DNA of 64,000 nucleotides from Torpedo marmorata (Eukaryota): NCBI GenBank assembly GCA_977017645.1, contig OZ360243.1, forward strand, positions 48,856,001 to 48,920,000. Reading direction: 5' to 3'. Within the stretch, counting starts at the first letter, position 1; each line of letters starts with the position of its first letter. Shown piece after piece: positions 47,531 through 60,839 of this stretch. The position numbers were made by a program, and so were the translations under genes. The notes beneath the pieces were generated by a model. It saw only the letters and a program-made list of their open reading frames with translations. It was not told the DNA's origin and made no database searches.

Positions 47531-50500
47531 TATAGTGACTTCAATCCAACAATAGTGACTTGGAGGCTAGGTGAGATACTTGTTTTTGACGCGTTTCAAT
47601 TAATTTACTTGCAGCAATCTTCAATGACTTAAATATCTTCTTTAAACGAAATATAAACAGTTCTTGATAACGATGTTTAATGAATTCCTTTAAACGATTC
47701 CTTTGACTGTATTTAGATGTTCAATTAAATGACTTTAGACTTTAAACCATCAATGAAACGAGTTTAAACGTTCAATGAAACGGTCAATAAAAGATATGGC
47801 GATCTCACTCACCCTCCTCCGTCGCCATCTTTTCCTATTCCTTTTCCTGATTCGCGCGCACGCTGCCGTCAATTCCCAACTGCGCATGCGCCCATCGGCA
47901 CTCTAGCGCATGCGCAGAGTACTAAATAGGCCTAGCACGGCCTAACGAACACCGCGACTCCTCCGTAACCCGCCGAGACCATCGGAGCGCCGCGACCAAG
48001 GTAAGTAATTAAACTTACGATTCTTACACCGGCCCCTAATTATTATAATTAGATGCAATGTCTTAAATAATAATTACACAATCAATTATGAATAACAATA
48101 ACCATATAACATTCAAACAATATACAAATCTTCTTTCTTCATAAGACCAGAGTTTACCATAACTCTGAATCAACAAAAGTCTGTAACCTGTAAAGTATAC
48201 AACAACAAATAAAGTCAGTTTGTATTTATTAAAGTTCCTCCGTCTCCAACAGAAGGCAGACCTTGTTAATAGGTCTATTTGGAAAGCCAGTCCAAGTTTT
48301 AATTCGAACTTGACGCACAAGTCCCCTTTTGTCCTGAATAGTCTCAATAATTTTTTTTTTCAAGTAACCAGGAGTTTCTTGGAGTTGAATTATCCATAAT
48401 AATTACAATGTCTCTTCAAAGTTCTTTTATCGCCAAAATCTTTGAGTTAAAACCTCGACCAGTAAACCTCAAATCTTCCTCAGACAAAATAGATAGTTTT
48501 TCTTTTGAATTTAACACGAGGCACTTCAGCATGTCGTTTCACTTTATTTCTTTCTTCAGTATTCCACTTCTCGTGAAGAATTTAAACTCTTAGAATTAGA
48601 ATTTGAATATTTATCTGATTCTCTTGATGTTAATAAATGAGTCTCTTTAACCACTCTGGTATCTATTGCCTTTTCCTGCAATTCCAAATCCAATTTTGAA
48701 ACTTTCAATTCAGTCTCAGTTCCTTCTGAGAAATGAATAACTTGATCTGAAGTGAAAATATCATGTGATACATTGGTATTTCTATTGTCAACCCTGCTGT
48801 GGTAAACTTGAAATTTTTGAATTTCTTCATCTTGCTTGTTACATTTCTGCAATGCAATGTCACTTTCTTTCTGCATTGTTAATAGCTGAACATTCAATTT
48901 ACATTCTTGATTGTTTTCTATAGTCAACTGTTTTGTGTTATTAACCAATAACTTGTTCTCTTTCAATTACACATGAATAATCAATAATATTATTTGCAAC
49001 ATCTTCTAATACTTAATTCTTATCCATTTCTGATGAACATAATTCCTTCAATGTTTTAAATACCCTTGATTTATTTTCACATTGATCTTTTTTCTTCAAA
49101 AGTGATTTTATTATTCAGTCTTTTGCTCTTCCCTTAACTCATCAACTTTCACAACCGAAATCCTGTTAATATTTATCGCTAACCGTTCCTGAGCAATATC
49201 ATTATTTCTTTCCAATGGTCCATTGATTGTCCAACCAAGCTTGGTTCTAACAGTGTAAGGTCCATTCCTTCTACTCTGTATTACTTCTAGTGGTTCCAAA
49301 ACCTTTGGCACATCTGAACCAATCACATTTCTATCTGAGTTAATTTCAGGTAAATAAACCTTCCACAGATAAGACAAATGATGGATGTCATTTTTATGAG
49401 GAATGTTTCCTTCATGCACAGGCATAGTCTTCTGAGTGTATAAACTTGGAAGATCACAACATTTTTTGTCATCCAATCCAGCAACCTCTAAGCCTGAAAC
49501 AATGCTGGTTTCAACTACCTTTTCTTGTCCCATGGTTTTTAAACATAATTCTTGATCTTCTTCCTTGAATATTAAGTTTATTCATTCGTCCTTCCGTGCA
49601 AAAAGATGCAATGCTGCCTGGGTCTAGAAATGCATATGTTTGTACTGTTGCATCCCCTTTCTTGGTCTTGACTTGTACAGGCACGATCGAAAGTTTGCAG
49701 TTATCCACACCGGCCCCGGTAAGACCACTTGTCTGAACCGAGGTTATAACATTGTTTTCTGTTGTTTCCTTTGTTTCTGTTTGCTCCTTTTCCAATTCCT
49801 TGTTTCTTTGATGGATATGCAAAATTCTAGGATGTTTCAACTTACATATGTTACAATTAATTCGCTTCTTGCAGTTTTTACTGATGTGCCCTTTACACAA
49901 ACAGCTAAAACATATTCCATTTTCCTTTAAGAAAGTGATCTTCTCATTATGTTCCTTCTTTTCCAACCATAAACACATTTCCAAAGCATGTCCACCTTTA
50001 CAGAACAAACAACTCTTTTCTTCAGGCAAACTTTCCTTTTCCTTATTTACTTTGTCCTTTATTTATAATTGACACATTAGTAGCAAAAGTACTCTTTTTC
50101 AATTTCGGACTAGGCTGTGAGTTAGACCTCATTACATCTTTGTTCCCCATTGAATTGTCTCTGGTATTTCCATATATTGGATCTGTTTCAATGTACACCA
50201 GTCGTTCAAGAAAATTTACCAAATCCTTTAAGGTAGCTCTTCGACTGTAATTTTCTTGTAAATCACAAGCCAAATTTCTCCATCTATCCCACAACTTGTA
50301 AGGTAATTTTTCTAAGATGATTCGCATATTACCAGGAACTTCAAGCTCACGAATATTATCAATATCTTCAATGGCATTACAACATCCTCTTAAAAATAGA
50401 GTATATTCTTGTAGAGCCTTTACATCACTTTGTTTTATTGATGTCCATTTAAGAGCTTTATCCATATAAGCTAAAGCAATTCGATGCTTGTCGCCAAAAT

Positions 50501-52909
50501 GTTGTTCTAGTAAAGCCTTAGCTCTGTCTAATCCTCTTTCTGAGGACATATGTTGACAACTCTTTACCAGTTCTTTTGGATGTCCCTTTGTGAACATTTC
50601 CAAATAATAAAGACATTCATCACGATCTTGGCATTTACTTTCAATATTGTGTTTGAAAGATCTCATAAATGATTAGTACTGAAGTGGATCACCATTAAAA
50701 GTTTGTATCTCTTTCTTGGGTAAAGAGAGAGACTGTAACTGAATCAATGATGCAGCAATTTCATTTTGTCTTCCTTTGGATGACAATACATTGTTCTGTT
50801 CACCGTCTCTTGTTGCAGGTAATGTATCTGGAAACCTCACTGGTGTAGTTTCTTCCATATTTTTTGATGCTTGGCTCAAATAACAAGGAAGCTGCATCGT
50901 TCGACTGAACCCAAGCCGCAGCTTTGTCTTCAGATGTTACCACTGGTACATGTGACTCGATACCAATATGCTCTTGAAGGATTTGTCCTTGTATTTGAAA
51001 GTCTTGTACCCCTGTTTCTAAAATGTCTACTCTTTTGGTTGGTTTCTTTTCCTGTGACTCTTTTTTTAAAAAAATATGACCTTTTTATTATCAGACACTT
51101 TGGATAATTTACTTTGAGCACCAGATACTATTGAGCCTCCTATTGCTTTCTTTCTGGCTTTGGCAATAACAATATCTATTTTTAGCTCATGCTGCTCTTT
51201 TTTCTTTCTTAGCTGCTCTTGTCTCCTCCTTAGCTGTTGGCTCTGTCTTAGCTGCTCCTCCTGTACTCTCTGCCTTAGCTGTTCCTCCTGTTGTCTCTGC
51301 CTCTGCCTTAGCTGTTCCTCCTGTTCTCTTAGTTCCTCCTCCTGTTCTTCTAAAATATGTTTATCCTTAAGAGAATTTTGTTGTGCAAGAAGAGCAGCCA
51401 ACTTAACATCAATCATTGTATGTGACGATGCAGAACTTGAAGTATGAGAAACTCTGGATCTCGAACCAGAACTTCGTTTGCTTCTCCTGTTTTCAGCATT
51501 TGAGACACTGTCATTTGCTTGTATTTCGTCCTGCACGTCATATGTTGTCTTCATACTTACCTCTTTCTTCATTTCGACATGTACATCCTTTGCATCTTCA
51601 TCCTCTTCATTTTCTTCATCCTCTTCATTTGGTGATACATTTTCAGCCATTTCCTTGTTATCTTCTTGTTCATCTAACGAAGCCGCTTCTTTTTCCTTTA
51701 CCAGCTTCAATCTTGCGATGAGAACCTTTTTATTTCCACTTGTACCTATTTTCAGTCGCTTCAATTTTCTAATATCCACAATCTTCATGTCTTCAATACG
51801 TTGGTCCTCAACAGCAACATCAGCGGTTGCTGCGTCAGCTGCTGATGCATCAGTGGCTGCTGCGGCAATTTTACTCGTCTTGTTCCACTGTCTTTCAAGC
51901 ATACACAACACTAACCAAATCAACAGTCCCCAATGGACCAGCGGCAGCAAATCCAATCTGTGTTCTAACTTGCCAAAGATACACAGGAGTCCACAGACTT
52001 ATGCCTACCACTTCAGATGACTGTAATGTGCTGCTATTCACAAACGAGTTTCAACCACAATATCCGTCAATAATATCGCTGATTTTCCAAAAATGGTTTC
52101 TCCAACGTATTTAAAGGACACTTTACTATAAGATTTGAAGCTTTAAATCCCTCTCTGGCTGTTACTCATGGCAGATGGATGTGGATTACAAACTGCCCCC
52201 AACTTGAGGCATCTCCAAGATGGCCACCATTTTATTTTAAATATCAGTCCAAAGCACAGAGAGATTATTCTATCTTCTTTTCCTTCAATTTTCTGTTCCA
52301 AACAACCACTTTTATTGACTAAATATATAATGACTTCAATCCAACAATAGTGACTTGGAGGCTAGGTGAGATACTTGTTTTTGACGCGTTTCAATTAATT
52401 TACTAACAAAGTCCGATATGTTCAAAAAACTTTATTTACACACGTGACTTGCATCAATCTTCAATGACTTAAATATCTTCTTTAAACAAAATATAAACAG
52501 TTCTTGATAACGATGTTTAATGAATTCCTTTAAACGATTCCTTTGACTGTATTTAGATGTTCAATTAAATGACTTTAAAGACTTTAAACCATCAATTAAA
52601 CGAATTTAAACGTTCAATGAAAAGGTCAATAAAAGATATGGCGATCTCACTCACCCTCCTCCGTCGCCATCTTTTCCTATTCCTTTTCCCGATTCGCGCA
52701 TGCTCAATGCGCACACTCCACCACGCACACTCCATCGCGCACGCTGCCGTCAATTCCCAACTGCGCGTGCGCCCGTCAGCACTCTAGCACATGCGCAGAG
52801 TACTAAATAGGCCATGCACGGCCTAACAAGCACCGCAACTCCTCCGTAACCCGCCGAGACCATCGGAGCGCCGCGACCAAGGTAAGTAATTAAACTTACG
52901 GTTCTTACA
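47531..52909 (-). mobile_element. BEL/Pao LTR retrotransposon, non-autonomous, in flnc intron 6
   Basis: LTRs 47531-48028 and 52326-52909; 5-bp TSD ATTAC (47526-47530, 52910-52914); purine tract AATTAGGGGCCGG abutting the 3' LTR; BEL-type gag and protease. Confidence 0.92.
49111..51956 (-). pseudogene. BEL/Pao gag-protease, frameshifted
   Basis: Gag-like LPKKEIQTFNGDPLQY..CLYYLEMFTKGHPKELV; three Cys/His knuckles (CLFCKGGHALEMC, CFSCLCKGHISKNC, CNICKLKHPRILH); aspartic protease motif TYAFLDPGS; split over 5 ORFs. Confidence 0.88.
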
Positions 52910-53696
52910 ATTACTTACACTGAACAAACTTCACTTGCAGGAATATATAAACCTTAAAGCATTTCACTTTATTTTCAATCACATTCTTTGAAAACATTTA
53001 ACTGTCGCTGCATCTGCAGGTTCCTCCCCACACCCCACCCCACGGAGCTGCCCGAAAGACGAACAATAACATTATAGATAATTAATCCCACCTTCCCCAA
53101 GTTTACAGATAAAGCCTCTGACTGGGGCAACTCTTACTAAGCAGGGATAAGGAGACACTTTAAGAGAGTCACCCCAACGGCGAGCGGCATCAACAAGCTC
53201 TTGATCCTGGGCGACGCCATTTTATTCAAACACAACTTTATTCAAACAGCTGCTACGAGCAAAGCACAACCAAGGCACTCTGCTGGCTGAATATTTGCTC
53301 CCATCTTCACCAAAAGTTTGTGTTACTTCAGAGAACATTTTACTTTTACAATTTTAAACTTGCATACTTTTTACCTATTATTTTATTCTTATTTATTTTA
53401 ATTTTTAAAATTTATTTTCCTCGTTTTTTTTGCCGGTTGCTTGAGGCTGCCGGTGGCTTGAATTTCGGATACAAGGGGTTTTACTGTACCTCATTTGCTT
53501 CTTGAATTATCTTCAACTCCAATCACCTCTTAATCATCTAGGCTGACTGCAGCCACTCCCCAAATCAGATTGCGTGCCCTGATCTTTGTAAACCTCAGAA
53601 GTGTGAACAATTTAGAGTTTTAGGAGGAAAATTTCAGTTAGGGTTGTTCAGCAGTCGATCTTGCATTAAAATTCCCTTCTTTGTGCATGTTTCCAG

Positions 53697-53859
53697 GTCA
53701 CCGTTTTATTTGCTGGGCAGCAAATTGACAAAAGCCCTTTCAAGGTGCAGGTTGGCATGGCTCTGGGTGATGCCAACAAGGTGACTGCTCAAGGCCCTGG
53801 TCTGGAGTTGAACGGGAATGTGGCCCATAAGCCAACGTACTTTGACATTTACACTGCAG
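53697..53859 (+). CDS. flnc: Filamin C exon 7
   Basis: [54 protein letters not shown]; AG/GT boundaries. Confidence 0.95.
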
Positions 53860-54745
53860 GTGAGGAGCCAAGTGAAGTCGGGGTTCCCACTGGAACACGT
53901 GGTGAGGTGGAAGGGAGATAAAAATTTTAAGGTTATGTTTTGTTGTGGAGAGATGGGACTGCCATCTTGGAATTTCTCAGTGACAGAATTTTACGTTTGG
54001 ATTGGAGCAGAATGTTAATGAGCTGTTTAGTGGGGAAAATAAATTTAAAGCTTTTGGAATAAATGTTCTCGCTCTGAGAACTCAAGGGTGGTGTCACATA
54101 GAAAGAAACTAAAGGCCCACCATCTCTGTTGCAGATTTAAATTCTGCTTGTGTACCACTTTTCCCATATAAACTTAAAGTAGTTCTGTCCACTTGCCTTT
54201 TGAATGTTTTTGTGGAAAGGTTTCAATGCAATGTTTGCTGCTCCCCCAAACCATCCAAGAATGATTTTCCCTCTTGCTCATAATTTTGAACAATCAGCTT
54301 GGTTTACTGATCCACTTGCCTGAGAAAAGTTTCTTTCTACTTTCTCCAACAAAACCTCTTGTTGTTGAATGACTCTAGATCTCCTTGTGACTACCTTTTT
54401 TCTCGGAGGAGACCAATCTCAGCTTCTTTGGCCTCTCCACATACTGAAGTCGTTTGCCTCTAGTGTCCTGTCAGTAAACTACCTTTGTATCCTGATGGCC
54501 TCAACTGGAGAACAAGGCCTATTTTGCAGAGTTATAAAGTTTCACCAGGCCATCCATGCTCTTGTATTTGGGGCCCAGTAAGTAGGGAAAAGTTTGTGGC
54601 TTTGGAGGGGTTGTGTTTAGAGACCCCTCACTAATCCAGCAACCTGTTAATGTTGACTGGAGAAGTAAAGGATGAATTCCATCTGCTGAAGGAGCTGCCA
54701 GTGTGTGTGCACGGTTGGTGTACTGATACCACTCTTTCCCCTTAG

Positions 54746-54946
54746 GTGCTGGGACAGGAGATGTTGGAGTCGTCATCGTTGATCCCCAGGGCCGGCGGGA
54801 TACAGTGGAGGTTATTCTGGAGGATAAAGGAGACAACGTTCTCCGCTGCACCTACAGACCTCTGCTCGAAGGTCCTCACACCATCCACGTGACGTTTGCT
54901 GGAGCCCCGATACCCAAGAGTCCCTTCACTGTCAACATCTCAGAAG
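54746..54946 (+). CDS. flnc: Filamin C exon 8 (GC donor)
   Basis: (G)[38 protein letters not shown]...[10 protein letters not shown]; ends GAAG|GCAAGG. Confidence 0.92.
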
Positions 54947-56015
54947 GCAAGGACAATGAGCATTGCATGTGGGCTCTTTCTGTGCATCACTCGTGTCTTA
55001 ACCTTTTTTTTTCCCCCTGAGAGGGAAGCAAGCAAAAGGTGACAGATAGTGATGGGGTAAGAGAACAGAAGAAGTTAAGAAATGTATGGTGGGGTATGGA
55101 AGAGAATATATACGTAGAGAGGAAGGAAGGTGTGAGGGAATGGACAGGGAGGGTGTGTGGGATTTTGGGGCCGAGAGATGCTCAGGAGGGGAAAGTAAAT
55201 GTTCGAGATAGGGAGTTTGTGGGTGTGATAGAGATGATAAAATGGAGGTTTTGTGAAGGTTGGTATCTAGCTGGGCTTCATGAGGGGGGACTGAAGCAAG
55301 CAATGGATTGAAGGCTAACACTTTGACACAAGCATAGAATCAGATGTCACTATTTGCAATGTCACAAACACAATCAATTCACAATTAACTATTTTGGGAA
55401 AAGGCAATAATCTTTTGAATGGAGCTTGTGGTTCTATGCAGTAAAGTTTCCACAAGCTATCTCTGTGTGTGCGTATGTATAAAATAACCTTTGTTTCTAA
55501 AGCACTCTTCACAACCCTGGGGTGCTCCAAAATGTTCTGCAAGCAGTGAAGCCAATGTTTGAACACACAGCACAAACTGAGATGTGTTGATGTTTTTTGA
55601 ACATGTTGCTGGTGGAGAATTTTGATCTACAAATTGTGCTGTCAAACATTTTGCCTCTTCAGGACTGAAGGTGGGTTCAGGTATTGGAACCTGAGGGTAT
55701 TGAATCAGGAATTGGCACCATTGCTCTTCTGGGCAGTGACTTTTTAGTTTAATTCTGATGTCATTGAAATGTTTAATTGGTGATCTGATCCTGTGTTGTT
55801 AGTTTTTGTCACTTTTCAGCATTATGGTTAGAAACTAATTACATAATTCTTCAGCACTGTTATCAAAACAAATGATTAAGATGTAGTATTCAGCGGGGAG
55901 GGGGAGGGTGGGGAATCTTTGCTAACAATACAGATTCAGTTTTGAAAGTATTCCTGAGCTAAATGAGCCATGTGAATGTTGATTAAATGGCTCCCGAGAT
56001 GAGAGGGAAAATAAT

Positions 56016-56283
56016 TGGGTGGCAAATTTAGCGTAGCGGTTAGCACAGTGCTGTTACAGCGCCAGCGACCGGGGTTCGAATCCGGCACTGTCTGTAAGGA
56101 GTTTGTACGTTCTCCCTGTGTCTGCGTGGATTTCCTCCGGGTGCTCTGGTTTCCTCCCACCCTTCAAAAACGTACAGGGGTTGTAGGTTTATTGGGTGTA
56201 ATTGGGCGGCACGGGCTCATGGGACGGAGGGCCTGTTACCATGCTGTATACATAAAAATTATAACTAATAAATAAATAAATAA
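56016..56283 (+). mobile_element. V-SINE/HE1-like SINE, near full length
   Basis: A box TAGCGTAGCGG, B box GGTTCGAATCC, V-domain core, (AAAT)n tail. Confidence 0.88.
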
Positions 56284-58195
56284 TCATGCATTGTGCCTGC
56301 CTGGACACTTGTGTGCAGATGTGAAGGTGATGCCAGCTTCCATGCCAGAAGGGAGCTTTATTTCTGGATATTTATCCAGCATCATAGAGCATTGTGTAGA
56401 ATGAGGGAGCATGGATTTTTATTCTCCAAGGAATGGCCAGTTAACTTGAATAGTTAGCCTATTAAGCGAAGCCTACCAAGACTAATCAATCACTTTATTG
56501 TTGAACAGATACTACTCATTGGGAAGTAATTCTGAATTTACTTGTGCATATTAAGTAAAACAAGGTTTTATTTTGTGAGAAAATTGTCTTCCTCATGGGT
56601 TTCAGAAAGATGGAAGAATCGGACAGCATGGTCAGAATAGAGGATCTATCTTTGTCAGTCGCATTGTTTCACTAAACACTGGGCGATGAAGGTGCTCCTC
56701 TGTCAGGGACTCAAAATTTTCTTTAAGAAGAAATTGTTACTGAAGGTTGGAAGATGCCCAATGTGCTGTTGTGGAATGGGTAACATTGGGCCAATGTGGG
56801 GACTGGTTAGGACAGAAAGTTATGATGAAGCAGGACTTGCTGTGTTCATCTTGAGGGGAGGACTGGTTTAGCCCAGGATAATAATGAAGATTCAAGACTA
56901 CTCAGACTGTGCCTGGTTGGAGTTGGCTCTGCTACATTGGCAGTCTGTTCGAAGGCCAAAGCCTTGACCTTGATTTGGAAGCTGGGGCTGTAGAGGTGAG
57001 ATGAGGTGGCATTGGAACGCCATTTCAGTCCACTATATTATGAATGGGACTGGTTTGCGGGTGGGGGGGGAGGGGCTCCATTTCCCCCAACCCCACTAAA
57101 CTGCAAGAAACAGCACAGATCTTTGCCTTTCACATCATGTTACATCTCTTTCATCTTCTCTTCCTCATGATTTGTGCTCGGACTGACCTCAGGATCCCCC
57201 CTTCCAACCCAGGCTGCTACACCAGCTCCAATTCTGATCGTTCCTCAGTCCATCCGCACCCCGCCGGCAGACAAGGCAAAGAAAGCACCACCCCCTCCTC
57301 CCAAACCCAAACGACCACGTTAGTATTGGCCTGAACTGAGTGGCTACCTGTGCTTGTCTGTATGAGGGTGTGTGTGTGTCATGCGTGTCTGTATGAAGGG
57401 GTGCTGGTCATAAGTCTGAGGGAAATATGAGTACTTCTGACCTTCTCTGTAAACATTGTGCCTGTGTCCATGTAAGGGCTTGCTTGGGCTGCTGTTGTGC
57501 CTGCTCTGTGCATGAGGATACTGGCTTGTCATCCAGGCCCTGAGATGGTCAATAACTTCATGAGTCAGTGAGGGTTGGGGGTGCTTAGTGGCTTCTTATT
57601 CCTGCTCTTAACTAATTTTGGTCATTGGCTACAGTGCCATTGTTCTGGGAAGGGCAAGTTGGCTGCTGTGTTTTACTGGAATGGCTCGGAATTCCTGCCA
57701 AGTCTTGAGCGGAACAAATTGTTGATCACTGGATAATTCTGTGAATTATTTTTTACAGAATTGCTTCTCCCACTGTATCTGGGCTTTTTTTTATTAATGG
57801 AAATAAGAATTGGGTCTTGATTAATTTGGTCACTGTATGTTGCCTTCCTTTCCTGGTCAGGGAGGTGGTTTGTCATCTGTATGTGGAGAGGTCATTCCCT
57901 CTCCTTGGCCAATGATCAGGAACAGGAACCCTTGCTGATTTCTTGCATCTCTATCCCAGTCTTCTGGGCAATGAGTAGGTCCAGAAAACCCCACTAAGAG
58001 TGGAGCCTGGGCTACAGTCTTCTGGCAGAAATGGCTGTTTACTCACATGCTAAGTCAGCAGTCAGGCAGGTTCTCCGATTCCTCGTAACAGGAATCCTGG
58101 AGGTCTGGTAACGGTGATGTGACTGCGGGTTGTGGCTGGGCTTTCTGTGGACCTGATGTCTTGACATTCATCGGAATCACCTGTGTTTCTGGCAG

Positions 58196-58333
58196 CATGC
58201 AATCCCAATGCCTGTCGAGCCTCGGGCAGAGGTCTGCAGCCCAAAGGAGTGCGAGTCAAGGAGGTGACTGACTTCAAAGTCTTCACTAAAGGAGCCGGCA
58301 CTGGGGAGCTGAAGGTTGTCATCAAAGGACCCA
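58196..58333 (+). CDS. flnc: Filamin C exon 9
   Basis: (A)[45 protein letters not shown]; donor A|GTAAGT. Confidence 0.95.
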
Positions 58334-58899
58334 GTAAGTTGGTTGGGGGGGGGGGGGAATTGTGGATTTTGTATCAGCTGGATGTATCCCCGGGGGAGGG
58401 GGGGGGAACGGTGTAAATATTGATTCTGGGTTGTTGTGGAGCTTGGGAAAGGGGTAAGTGATGTTAATCTTCCACGTTGTGTTAATGGGTTTGTTCCAGC
58501 CTGTTGTAAATCATTCTCCTTCTGCTCTGCTCCTCACTGTGCATCTTTCATCTGTCTGTGAGCTTTGTTGAGTCACCGTCTTGGTGAATGATTGATCCGA
58601 TTTCTAGCACAGCAGTTGTTGTCCTCTTTTCCCCCATGTTCCACGCTGATGTCCTCTGATCGCTGCACTTGGCTGCTGGAAAATGGTGACCAGAGGTTTG
58701 CCAGCCAAAGTCCTCTGCCAAGATATTGTGAAAATCTTTGGCCAACAGTGATCTTGTCATTGAGAGATGCCGCAACAATCTGATCCTCACTGCAATTGGG
58801 CAAAAGCTCTAGTCACTGACTGACATGAGTGGGGAGATGCAGCTACCAAAAGAAGCGATTGGCCAAAGTCACTCAATGGAATTGTTTATTTTCTTCCAG

Positions 58900-59026
58900 A
58901 GGGCACAGAGGAGCAAGTGAAGATTCGTGATGTTGGTGACGGTGTCTACGAATGTGAATATCATCCAATGATTGGGGGCAAATATGTGGTGACCATCACC
59001 TGGGGTGGTTATGCTATTCCAAGAAG
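58900..59026 (+). CDS. flnc: Filamin C exon 10
   Basis: (K)[41 protein letters not shown]; AG/GT boundaries. Confidence 0.95.
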
Positions 59027-59497
59027 GTGAGTTGTATTTAGCCAAATGTTTCTGGTTCATTCAATTCAGAGAATTAATATTTTGATGTTGCATTTTCTCA
59101 AGTTCAAATTTATTTACCAGTACAACCTGATGAAACCGCGTTCTCTGGTCTATGGTGCAGAACAGTTGAAAACACATGTACAGACATAACAGGCAAATGA
59201 TATATATACACGGTACATATATTAAAATAAATATTATTAATAAATAGTGGTGTCTCAGAGAGATGTTGACCTGTAGAGCTGGAGCCAGAGAGGTCTATCC
59301 ACCTCTGGGTTAGAGTCAAATTTTCAGGTTCAAATTATTTGACAATAATGAAGTATGTTGGGCTGAGCCCTGGGAGAAATGCCCTGCTTTTTATTCCCAG
59401 CTTAATACCTTGGAATCTTTTGTGCTGCTGCTAATTGTGCACCACTAGGAGATGCGGTGTTGGAAGTATGTGTACTGATCTGCTGCTGCCCCCTCAG

Positions 59498-59634
59498 CCC
59501 CTTCGAGGTGCAGATTGGACCTGAAGCCGGTGCCCAGAAGGTGCGAGCCTGGGGACCAGGACTGGAGACAGGCGTGGTGGGAAAGTCAGCTGACTTTGTC
59601 GTAGAGGCGATTGGGACTGAAGTTGGGACACTCG
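59498..59634 (+). CDS. flnc: Filamin C exon 11
   Basis: (S)[45 protein letters not shown]; donor G|GTAAGT. Confidence 0.95.
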
Positions 59635-59875
59635 GTAAGTGGAGTAACTTCCTGATATGGTGGAGAGGCCTCCATTTAGGATCGACACTGGTTCAGATCC
59701 AAGCTCCTGACCCCAATCCATTCACTGCATTTTCTCTCTGTTCAACCTACATTTAATTAAGTGCAGGAATGGCTCAATAATGAGACTCTATATTGGGGTG
59801 AGCTTTTCTTGATTTAGTGTACCTGCTGTTGCCTCTGCTCTTTGAGAACCGCTGGCTGTGATTTTCTTTCTCCAG

Positions 59876-60069
59876 GTTTCTCCATTGAAGGTCCCTCGCA
59901 GGCCAAGATTGAGTGTGATGATAAAGGGGATGGGTCGTGTGATGTGCGATACTGGCCCACTGAGCCTGGTGATTATGCAGTTCATGTGATTTGTGATGAT
60001 GAAGATATTAAAGACAGTCCTTTCATGGCTCACATCCTGCCAGCAAACAATGAAAGCTTCCCAGAGAAG
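59876..60069 (+). CDS. flnc: Filamin C exon 12
   Basis: (G)[64 protein letters not shown]; AG/GT boundaries. Confidence 0.96.
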
Positions 60070-60839
60070 GTGAGTGTAGAGCAGTGCATGAATAGAGCAA
60101 ATCTGTGGTGTGGCCTGTTGGCAGAGGATCAGCAGAGGTGGGCTTAGAGAATGCTGTTTTGAGGCTTTGGAATTTAGTGTAAGGAGCATATTTTGAAATT
60201 TGCAAATGTATGAAAATATTATCAAAGAAAAGTGAGTGAAATATTTTGGGGTGATAGATTGTTGGGGTCGAGAGCTCATTGGCAAATGGAATGCAATGTG
60301 GAGAATTGTGCACTTGGAAGGATGTTTTGCTACACCCCCGATTAAACCACCTTGTAGGTCAGGGCTCTGAATTTTGCTATCAACCTATTGGTTTTGGAAA
60401 ACTACGCATATTGCAAGATGATGATTTTAGGATCAAGGGTGAACTTCGGAGGAGAGATGACAAACAAAGAGTGTATTCTCTAGCACGGTGAAGATTGGAT
60501 TTAGTAAGAATTTTGTGATTTTAATAGTAGGTTGTAAAATATCTGCCAGTAGGGGTGCACAGGTGGAAGGGCATAACCTTGAGCTCCCTTGTTCTGGCGA
60601 TAATAGATTACAATGCATCCTCCCATAATGATCACAACTTTGTTTTAGAGTTAACTGAAAGTTGTAGTATGTTTGTCCTGGTGCTGCCATCTGTAGTTCC
60701 TCAGTTGTGCACTGGATTCAATGCTCGCATTTCCACAAGGTGAAGATTGAAGGTGATGCTTCCTTCATTTTATCGAAGGCCTTTTGGAAACAAAATCAGA
60801 GTGTGAGAATACCACACAGAGCTCGTGAAACCGATGGGT

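Larger units (their letters stand above)
47390..53486. mobile_element. Tc1/mariner-superfamily (Tigger-like) MITE split by an LTR retrotransposon
   Basis: TIRs CAGTAAAACCCCTGGTATC (47390) and GATACAAGGGGTTTTACTG (ending 53486), TA on both flanks; own length ~0.7 kb. Confidence 0.8.

Noticed and set aside
51160-52114. Plus-strand Ser/Cys-rich ORFs
   Set aside because: Antisense shadows of the E/Q-rich BEL gag N-terminus
56016-56095. tRNA gene
   Set aside because: The A/B boxes belong to a SINE head followed by a V-domain core and tail; no complete cloverleaf
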